Assembly: GCA_947627915.1 (NCBI GenBank)
Contig: CANQXT010000001.1
Span: 2,231-66,230, forward strand
DNA length: 64,000 nt
Direction: 5' to 3'
DNA from: an uncultured Bacilli bacterium
GTDB lineage: Bacteria; Bacillota_I; Bacilli_A; RF39; UBA660
Shown one piece after another: positions 39,762 to 46,600 of this stretch; within the stretch, counting starts at the first letter, position 1, and each line of letters opens with the position of its first letter. Made by a program: the position numbers and the translations under genes. Under the pieces are notes generated by a model. It was not told the origin of the DNA. It saw only the letters and a program-made list of their open reading frames with translations, and made no database searches.

Positions 39762-41420
39762 CTATTTTTTCATTAATTCAATTATTTTTGCTTTATCTAT
39801 TTCAATATTACCACTATTTAAAATAAATTCATTATTTTTAACAAATCTTTTATAATTATTTTGATTATGAGCATCTAAAATAAAAGTTTTAATACTAGGA
39901 ATTAATAATTTTTCTTGATAAGTTTTATTTTGCATATCAAATACTTTTAAAGATGGCATTGATACTACCCTTAAAACAATTCCTAAAGAAATTAAACTTT
40001 TAGCAATTGTTATTGCATCATTAACATTATAACCAGAAGCAATTAGAATACCATTAACCGTATCACTTTCCTTTTTTACTGGATAACTTCCAGCTTGAAC
40101 ATATTTATAATTTGTCTCTTTAAGAGCTTTTACTTTCTTATTGGAAATAATATTAACGGTTGTTTTAGAATAACTATTCAATATTTCATATACCCCAATT
40201 ACTTCATTAATATCTCCTGGACGAAAACAAATTAAATTATCTAAACAATTTAAAAGATCGATATAATTAATTACATTGTCATCTTCTAAGAAAGTATAAT
40301 GAATATCTAAATTATTATTAGCACTTTCAATAATACTATCTAATATATGAGGCATATTATTTAATTTAGAACTTATAAATACTTTAAAATTAAGAATAGC
40401 TAAACCAATTGCAATATCATTTAACAAGTTAATTTGATTAGGTAAAATAATATTACGATGCGTTACATTAGTATTATCCATAATTAAAGATTTAGACAAA
40501 GTTTGAATATCTTCTCTATCAGATAAATTTAGAATAAAAGCATTTTTATTACTAAATATATTAAATATCTTTTGATTACTTTGAATTATTTTTTCTTCAT
40601 AATCATCATTTAATTTAATATTAGAAGCTTTAAAATTATTAATAACTTTTTTATTTTCTAAGAAATTAATAATTTCTTGTAATTTTAAATCTTTCATTGC
40701 TTTTTGTTTAACAAGATTACTCTTTTCTAAATCTTTATTTAATCTTTTTAAAAGACTATCAAACATATCATTAACATTAACATTCTCTTTAATTTTAGGA
40801 ACATTTTTAGTTCTAATATTTACAAAGATAATTGTTGGTATCTTACTAGTTTTGGTATCATCTAAAATATTTTCTAATTTAGATAAGCCATTAACTTCTT
40901 CAATATGAAATTTAAGATATGCCAAACGATCTGTTAAATTTTCTACACATTTATCATAGTTATCTTTAACAACTATATATACCATTTTATTTAATTTAAA
41001 ATTATTACAACAAAAAATATTATTAAAGACATTATTATTTAATAATTCATCATATTTACAAATACAAAAAGTTCTACTCGTAATTAAATTAGTTTTATTA
41101 TCTTCAATTTTAGCTAAACCATTTAAATATCTATTTCCAAGAGCTACTCCTAAAGAAATACCAAAAGCATTATCTATTTTATAATTAGTAATATTTTCAG
41201 TATCTTTATAAAATAACTTTAAGATACTTTGATGTATATTAGCTAATTTAGGACTAACAAATACTCTATCTTTATTGAAATAATTATAATTATTAGGATC
41301 AAATATTAAATTATTTCTATATAAGCGATATAATAAATCAATTATATCTAAATTAATATCTTTTTCGTCAATATATTCTAATTTTAAATTATTTACTATA
41401 CTTAAATCTATTTTGTTCAT
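39762..41420 (-). CDS. Degenerate transketolase-like protein (probable pseudo-enzyme)
   Basis: 552 aa. FNKDRVFVSPKLANIHQSILKLFYKD aligns to the transketolase [26 protein letters not shown] region but with the GHGS His motif replaced. GISLGVALGNRYLNG aligns to GQGIAMAVGMAIAER. The C-terminus resembles the TK C-terminal domain. Shorter than a real Tkt (about 660 aa), and TPP-binding and catalytic residues are not recognisable. Confidence 0.45.
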   Translation of the reverse strand: MNKIDLSIVNNLKLEYIDEKDINLDIIDLLYRLYRNNLIFDPNNYNYFNKDRVFVSPKLANIHQSILKLFYKDTENITNYKIDNAFGISLGVALGNRYLNGLAKIEDNKTNLITSRTFCICKYDELLNNNVFNNIFCCNNFKLNKMVYIVVKDNYDKCVENLTDRLAYLKFHIEEVNGLSKLENILDDTKTSKIPTIIFVNIRTKNVPKIKENVNVNDMFDSLLKRLNKDLEKSNLVKQKAMKDLKLQEIINFLENKKVINNFKASNIKLNDDYEEKIIQSNQKIFNIFSNKNAFILNLSDREDIQTLSKSLIMDNTNVTHRNIILPNQINLLNDIAIGLAILNFKVFISSKLNNMPHILDSIIESANNNLDIHYTFLEDDNVINYIDLLNCLDNLICFRPGDINEVIGVYEILNSYSKTTVNIISNKKVKALKETNYKYVQAGSYPVKKESDTVNGILIASGYNVNDAITIAKSLISLGIVLRVVSMPSLKVFDMQNKTYQEKLLIPSIKTFILDAHNQNNYKRFVKNNEFILNSGNIEIDKAKIIELMKK

Positions 41421-41477
41421 AAATTTGCCTACCTTATTTTAACATTATACCTTACTTTAAAATATTTTAATAGTCTT

Positions 41478-42608
41478 TTAAACTAATTTATTAATTAAAT
41501 TATTAATTTTAACTATTGCATCATTATTATCTAATTTTTCTAAATTTTTATTCATTTTTAATAAAATACTTGGATTATTTAATATTTTAGTAACCATTCT
41601 TTTAAATCTTCTAACACCTCGTAGAGAAACACCATATTTTTTGCGACTCATAAACTTAGCATTGTAACGTTCTTGACCACCTAAACCTGGTAATAAAATC
41701 ATTGGTACTTTCATTTCTAAACATTCTGTTACGGTTGCTCCCCCTGGTTTACTAATAACGACATCACTAATTTTCATAATATTTAAAACATCATTTGAAT
41801 AACCTAAAACACGAATATTTTTAGCATTATATTTTTTTACTAATCTATCACATTTATCTTTTAGTTTGGTATTCTTTCCACAAATGAAGATAACATCAAC
41901 ATCTAAATCCATTTTAACTAATGCTTTAAAATAATCATAATAATATAAACTACCTACAGAAGATCCCCCAAAGAATAAGAATACTTTTCTATTTCCTTTA
42001 ATATTATATCTTTTATAGATATCTTTTTTACTATCTAAATTATTAATAACTTTTATATTAAGAGGCAAACCATAAGCATAAATTTTTTTAGCATCAACAC
42101 CTCTTTCAATTAGTTCTTTTTTAACTAAATCATTACCAACAATATAACCATCTTCTAAAGATCTATTCTTCGTCCAACATTCGTGGGTACGATAATCCGT
42201 AATAATCGTTAATAATTTACTATTTATAAGTCCTAATTTATTATATAAAGTAATTATATTACTAGCATAAAAATGACTAGATATAACTATTTGAGGGTTA
42301 TAATCAATAATTACTTCCCTTAATCTTTTATTATCATAACTTTTTTTAGCAAAGTAATTATGACCTAATGTAGATATTTTATGATCCATTAATTCATAAC
42401 CGATATTAAATAAGAATTCTGAACGATGTTTACCAACAAAATCAAATACTTTGATGCCACATCTTCCTAAAAAATTACCATAATCAGTTATATCTAGTAA
42501 TTTAACTTCAAATTTATCATTATTTTCCTTTATATAATTAGCTACATACTCCGCGATTGACTTATGACCTGAGCCATATCTTGCATACAATACTAATAAT
42601 CTTTTCAT
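41478..42608 (-). CDS. GT28-family diacylglycerol glycosyltransferase (UgtP/MGDG synthase-like)
   Basis: 376 aa. N-terminus LVLYARYGSGHKSIAEYVANYI matches the UgtP/MGDG-synthase N-terminal motif, with a C-terminal GT-B domain. Confidence 0.7.
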   Translation of the reverse strand: MKRLLVLYARYGSGHKSIAEYVANYIKENNDKFEVKLLDITDYGNFLGRCGIKVFDFVGKHRSEFLFNIGYELMDHKISTLGHNYFAKKSYDNKRLREVIIDYNPQIVISSHFYASNIITLYNKLGLINSKLLTIITDYRTHECWTKNRSLEDGYIVGNDLVKKELIERGVDAKKIYAYGLPLNIKVINNLDSKKDIYKRYNIKGNRKVFLFFGGSSVGSLYYYDYFKALVKMDLDVDVIFICGKNTKLKDKCDRLVKKYNAKNIRVLGYSNDVLNIMKISDVVISKPGGATVTECLEMKVPMILLPGLGGQERYNAKFMSRKKYGVSLRGVRRFKRMVTKILNNPSILLKMNKNLEKLDNNDAIVKINNLINKLV

Positions 42609-42665
42609 AACTACTCTCCATATTTATTATACCCTTTTTTATTAAATATGACAATTACCCAAAAA

Positions 42666-42830
42666 TTATTTATTAACAACATAATTATCGACAGTATTTT
42701 TATTTAAATTAGCAAACCGCATATTAAGGAGCAATACTCCTCCAACTAAAACTGCATAAAATAAAACTAAAATTCCTAAATTAAAAATTTTCTTTTTCAT
42801 TATATATCACTCCTTCTTTCACATCTATCA
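42666..42830 (-). CDS. Candidate small single-TM protein divergent from lexA (possible SOS-induced division inhibitor); frame disrupted relative to a strong upstream SD-ATG
   Basis: Minus-strand frame open from ATG 42830 to TAA 42666, 54 aa: MIDVKEGVIYNEKENFYLGILVLFYAVLVGGVLLLNMRFANLNKNTVDNYVVNK. A perfect SD (GAAGGAGTG) and an ATG at 42799 sit in a different frame that stops after 7 codons. A +1 change in the T5 tract (plus-strand A5, 42782-42786) would give MKKKIFYLGILVLF... (44 aa). Not in the ORF track. Confidence 0.35.
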
Positions 42831-42835
42831 TAGCA

Positions 42836-42847
42836 TAAACGTTTGTT
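42836..42847. promoter_or_regulatory. Putative LexA box 1 (AAACGTTTGTTT; AAAC-N4-GTTT, a variant of the Gram-positive Cheo box)
   Basis: Dyad AAAC-N4-GTTT seen directly, 6 bp from the 42830 ATG of the divergent small ORF. Confidence 0.4.
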
Positions 42848-42871
42848 TGCATCAACAGAAAAAATATATTG

Positions 42872-42883
42872 TAAACATTTGTT
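42872..42883. promoter_or_regulatory. Putative LexA box 2 (AAACATTTGTTT) overlapping the lexA -35
   Basis: Second AAAC-N4-GTTT dyad, 36 bp from box 1, overlapping TTGACA (42882-42887). Confidence 0.45.
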
Positions 42884-42910
42884 TGACATTTTTTAGATGA
42901 TGATGTATTA
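42882..42910 (+). promoter_or_regulatory. lexA sigma-A promoter
   Basis: TTGACA (42882-42887), 17-nt spacer, TATTAT (42905-42910). RBS AGGAGG 7 nt before the lexA ATG at 42929. Confidence 0.45.
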
Positions 42911-42928
42911 TTGTTATAGGAGGTCTTT

Positions 42929-43552
42929 ATGAAAAAAAGTGAATTAACTAAACGTCAAAGTGAAATTTTAGATTTTATTAAAAAGTTTATTGCGGAACAT
43001 GGTTTTCCCCCATCAGTAAGAGAAATATGTGCTGGAGTTGGATTAAATAGTCCCGCTACTGTATTTGTCCATTTAAAAAATATTGAGAATTTAGGATATA
43101 TCAAAACAACTAGCAATAAATTTAGAACTATTGAAATTTTATGTGAAAATGAATATTTACCTACTAATGAGAATGTTGTCAAAGTTCCTCTATTAGGAAA
43201 AATTACGGCAGGTAATCCTATTACAGCAATTGAACAACCAAATGAATTTTTTGATATTCCAGCATCTCTAATTCCTGCTAAAGAAGAAGTATTTACTCTT
43301 CACGTCTCTGGTGAAAGTATGATTAATGCGGGAATTTATGATGGTGATTATGTTATTGTTAAAAAACAAAGTAATGCTAAAAATGGTGACATTGTTGTAG
43401 CAATGACTATGGAAAATGAAGCCACTATTAAAACATTTTATAAAGAACATGGACACATTCGTTTACAACCGGAAAATGATACAATGGATCCAATTATTTT
43501 AGATAATTGTGTTATTCTCGGTATAGCAATTGGCCTTTATCGAAAGTTATAA
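42929..43552 (+). CDS. lexA: LexA repressor (SOS regulator, S24 peptidase)
   Basis: 207 aa. N-terminal winged HTH (LTKRQSEILDFIKKFIAEHGFPPSVREICAGVGLNSPATVFVHLKNIENLGYI), a cleavage-site region and an S24 domain with Ser (VSGESMINAGI) and Lys (IVVAMTMENEATIK). Confidence 0.9.
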   Translation: MKKSELTKRQSEILDFIKKFIAEHGFPPSVREICAGVGLNSPATVFVHLKNIENLGYIKTTSNKFRTIEILCENEYLPTNENVVKVPLLGKITAGNPITAIEQPNEFFDIPASLIPAKEEVFTLHVSGESMINAGIYDGDYVIVKKQSNAKNGDIVVAMTMENEATIKTFYKEHGHIRLQPENDTMDPIILDNCVILGIAIGLYRKL

Positions 43553-43587
43553 AAAAGAACCCACATATTTGTGAGTTCTTTTATTTT
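43553..43587. terminator. Bidirectional rho-independent terminator between lexA and the DUF2207 gene
   Basis: aagaacccac (43555-43564) / gtgagttctt (43571-43580) with T-runs on both sides. Confidence 0.55.
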
Positions 43588-45277
43588 AACGAAAACCGCC
43601 TCCGCCGCCTCCGCCACCGAAGGAGCCACCGCCTCCACCACTAGATGAGAATCCCCCACCACCTGATGAATAACTTTCAGCTCTACTTCTGGCCGCAGAT
43701 GCAGCATTAACACCATTATAAGAAATTGTATGTAAGAATATAATATCACTATAATATTCATCACTTATAATATCAGGATACATTTCTTTAAACTCTTTAG
43801 CAACTTTTTTCGCTATACCAAATATTTGTGCATATATTAAATAATATTCCCATAGTTTAACTTCAATTGCTTCTCTATCTTTAATATTAGAAAAATCTTT
43901 TAAGAATTTTTTTAATCCTGCCATTTCATAAGCATATTCTTGAATTTTATCTTTAACAAAATATTCTTTTTTTACTTTATCAATTAATCCTTCTTCAACA
44001 AATTTATTTGTTTCATCATCAACAACTCTATCAAACCATCTAAGTATCTTTCCATAATGATCACCACACCATTTTTCAAATTCGTGTTTTTCTAAGATAC
44101 CATCTTTACTTGCTTCATACATCATTTGATAAATTTCTTGTTCCATAGGATTTAATTTAGTTGCACTTTTCAATTTCAAAGCTTTTTCTTCTTTATTTTT
44201 CTTTGTTACCATTGTATTTTCGATAACATCTTCTTTTAACCATTTAAGAAGAAGAGCTCCTAAAAAGTCATTTTTATTTTTAATTAATTCATATTGACCT
44301 GCAACCCAATAAGCTTTAAAGACATCTTTTTCACAAGGAATATCTCTAAAATATGGAACATCTTTTAATTTTTTACCATTTTTAGGAAATTTAATTCTTT
44401 TTGTACCAAATGTAATTATCATCTTTGATATACCAAAAATACTTGCTCCTATAACACTAAAAGTAAAAATAATATTACCAATAATTAATGCTATAGTATT
44501 AAATGAAGGTTCATATTCATCATAGTCGTAATATGAATCATAGTTATTTTCTATAGATCCTTCATTAGCCATATCTAAATAATAAGAAAAATCCTCATTA
44601 ATAAAAGTACTGGTTTTAAATGTTTCTTTAGGAAACTTAGCTAAAAGAACCATATATTCATTACTATTTAACGCTCCATCTTTACTCATTTCAATATAGC
44701 CATCATAAACATAAGCATAACCATTTTGATTACCACCATAACCATATCCCCATACATCATAGTCATCTTCGTATGCAAAATCACTATAAACTTTTATATA
44801 GACATTTTCTGGTTTATCAGATAAATCATAAGGAATTAGTTGCCAATATATCATTTGGGCATCATTTAATTCTACCACAAAATTAGTGATATCATATTCC
44901 ATTATATAAGTATTTTTTCCATAATTACTTATTCCGAAACATAACTCTACTTTATCACTGCCATAGTTTAAACCAGCTTTATAACTTTTATTAGCAAATG
45001 ATGCATCTATATCCCAATTACTTAAAGTAGTGAATTCTTTACCATTCATTGAAACTTTATAATTTTCTATTCTACTGCTTCCTAAATTATAATATGGTTT
45101 ATATCCTTCTGTTCCTTTATCTAGTTTTGCTACCCACTCTTCTTTTATATGTGCAGTACCCATATTATCTACATAAATATCCATTCTTATACTTTTAATA
45201 TCATTATAAGCAAACACTATTTTATTAAAAGATAAAAATAATATTATTACAAATAATAATTTATATATTCTTTTCAT
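43586..45277 (-). CDS. DUF2207-family membrane protein (extracellular N-domain, TM, cytoplasmic domain, Gly-rich C-terminal tail)
   Basis: 563 aa. Signal peptide MKRIYKLLFVIILFLSFNKIVFA, TM helix IALIIGNIIFTFSVIGASIFGI and a terminal SSGGGGFSSSGGGGGSFGGGGGGGGFR tail. Sits directly downstream of lemA, as is usual. Confidence 0.75.
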   Translation of the reverse strand: MKRIYKLLFVIILFLSFNKIVFAYNDIKSIRMDIYVDNMGTAHIKEEWVAKLDKGTEGYKPYYNLGSSRIENYKVSMNGKEFTTLSNWDIDASFANKSYKAGLNYGSDKVELCFGISNYGKNTYIMEYDITNFVVELNDAQMIYWQLIPYDLSDKPENVYIKVYSDFAYEDDYDVWGYGYGGNQNGYAYVYDGYIEMSKDGALNSNEYMVLLAKFPKETFKTSTFINEDFSYYLDMANEGSIENNYDSYYDYDEYEPSFNTIALIIGNIIFTFSVIGASIFGISKMIITFGTKRIKFPKNGKKLKDVPYFRDIPCEKDVFKAYWVAGQYELIKNKNDFLGALLLKWLKEDVIENTMVTKKNKEEKALKLKSATKLNPMEQEIYQMMYEASKDGILEKHEFEKWCGDHYGKILRWFDRVVDDETNKFVEEGLIDKVKKEYFVKDKIQEYAYEMAGLKKFLKDFSNIKDREAIEVKLWEYYLIYAQIFGIAKKVAKEFKEMYPDIISDEYYSDIIFLHTISYNGVNAASAARSRAESYSSGGGGFSSSGGGGGSFGGGGGGGGFR

Positions 45278-45311
45278 AATTAACCTCTTAAAAAAGGCAT
45301 TTTATAATGCC

Positions 45312-45860
45312 TTAAAATTTAACTTTAACATTTTGTCTTTCTTCATTACTTGCCTCAAAGAAAGTTTCTTTTTTAAATCCGAATATTCCTGCTACAATAT
45401 TTGATGGGAACATTTCTATCTTATTATTAAGTTTTAATACGGAATCGTTATAAAAACTTCTTGCATAACTAATTTGTTCTTCTGTTTCTCTTAATTCACC
45501 TTGAAGTTGTAAAAAATTTTCGTTAGCTTTTAAATCTGGATAACTTTCAGATAAAGCAAATAATCTACTCATTGCTTTACTTAATTCTCCATCAGCTTCA
45601 AGTTGTCCTTCTAAGTTATTAGCATTTACATAATTATTACGAGCTTTAATTACATTTTCTAAAGTTTCACTTTCATGTTTCATATAACCTTTAACTGTTT
45701 CAATTAAATTAGGTATTAAATCAAATCTTCTTTTTAATTGAACATCAATTTGACTATATTGATCTCTAACCTTATTTCTTAATGAAACTAAACTATTATA
45801 AACTGAACCAATAAAGATTCCTAAAACTAATAAAACCACTATTAAAATAATCCACGGCAT
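45312..45860 (-). CDS. lemA: LemA-family protein
   Basis: 182 aa. N-terminal TM, then VSLRNKVRDQYSQIDVQLKRRFDLIPNLIETVKGY, typical of LemA. Confidence 0.85.
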   Translation of the reverse strand: MPWIILIVVLLVLGIFIGSVYNSLVSLRNKVRDQYSQIDVQLKRRFDLIPNLIETVKGYMKHESETLENVIKARNNYVNANNLEGQLEADGELSKAMSRLFALSESYPDLKANENFLQLQGELRETEEQISYARSFYNDSVLKLNNKIEMFPSNIVAGIFGFKKETFFEASNEERQNVKVKF

Positions 45861-45976
45861 ACTTCATTCCTCCTATAAATTAATCTTAACATAAATAAAT
45901 GTTATTAGCAATTAATAATATGCTTAATTACTATTTTGTTGACAGATTTAATATTTAAATGTTTTTATAAATAAAA

Positions 45977-45994
45977 CTAGAGTGTGCTCTCTAG
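45977..45994. terminator. Palindromic hairpin CTAGAG-tgtgct-CTCTAG followed by a T-run (bidirectional terminator-like)
   Basis: Seen directly: 6-bp arms (45977-45982 and 45989-45994), A-rich before and tttctttttttaa after. Confidence 0.4.
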
Positions 45995-46002
45995 TTTCTT
46001 TT

Positions 46003-46110
46003 TTTAAGTTCCTCTTATGGTGGGAATCACCGCTTTTTTAAGTTCCTCTTATTGGTTGGAATCACCACTTTTTTAAGTTCCTCTCAACAGTGGGAATCAC
46101 TAGCTTTTTT
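46003..46110. repeat. Three tandem direct repeats of 34-35 bp (TTTTTTAAGTTCCTCT-N9-10-GGAATCAC-N3-4)
   Basis: AAGTTCCTCT at 46006, 46040 and 46075. GGGAATCAC/TGGAATCAC at 46022, 46057 and 46092. Units are separated by T6. Units 1 and 3 contain a short GGTG...CACC/CACT dyad; the centres vary. Confidence 0.7.
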
Positions 46111-46114
46111 ATAT

Positions 46115-46175
46115 GCTATTAAATTTAATAGCAATATTATTATATGCAAATTTGCATAGCTTAATTAACTTAAGC
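46115..46175. promoter_or_regulatory. Cluster of three distinct palindromes in the region upstream of lemA
   Basis: Seen directly: GCTATTAAATTTAATAGC (46115-46132, perfect 18 bp), TATGCAAATTTGCATA (46143-46158, perfect 16 bp) and GCTTAA-ttaac-TTAAGC (46159-46175). Confidence 0.4.
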
Positions 46176-46227
46176 CACTTTAAATATATATTTTTTCTTA
46201 TACCATTGTCAAGACCTATTATTTATA

Positions 46228-46577
46228 TTATTCTATTTCATATTCATAGATATTTGCATTTTGAGGATTAAATGTTAGAAAATTTGTATTCTCATCATAC
46301 CCTATTAAATTAAAATGTAAAGCTTTCATAAAACTCCCGTGAAAAATTATTAAAATATTTTTATTAGGATATTCTCTTTTTATGTTATCTAAAATGTTTT
46401 TGCTCTTTTTAAAGGAGAACAAATACATATATCTATTTTACTTAAATCTATCTTTTTTCTCAATTCTTTAGTTTGTTTTATTCCTTCTTCATTTAAAGCA
46501 ATATCAGTCAATCCCTGTAATAATCTTTGGTCATTCCAATCAGTTTTTCCGTGTCTAACAATATATAGTTTATGCAT
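46228..46577 (-). pseudogene. Histidine phosphatase (phosphoglycerate-mutase family) pseudogene, frameshifted and internally truncated
   Basis: ORF 46389..46577 encodes the N-terminus with the RHG catalytic motif (YIVRHGKTDWNDQRLLQG...CSPLKRAKTF). ORF 46228..46428 in another frame encodes a C-terminal piece (IIFHGSFMKALHF). The combined span of about 116 codons is roughly half a normal ~200-aa enzyme. Confidence 0.55.
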
Positions 46578-46600
46578 TTTTACCTCCTAGTTTTTATAAA

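Noticed and set aside
42955-43456. Two minus-strand ORFs (75 and 62 aa) inside lexA
   Set aside because: Antisense to the strongly supported lexA CDS.
43537-43764. 75-aa ORF overlapping the DUF2207 3' end
   Set aside because: Alternative frame of the Gly-rich tail region and no independent signals.
45900-45975. Plus-strand sigma-A promoter at TTGACA (45941-45946)
   Set aside because: The best -10 candidate lies 21 nt downstream, which is the wrong spacer, and there is no plus-strand gene to drive.
46003-46110. Possible CRISPR array (repeated units with variable centres)
   Set aside because: There are only three units. The variable part is about 10 nt, too short for spacers. Repeat halves are separated by T-runs and there are no cas genes in 64 kb.
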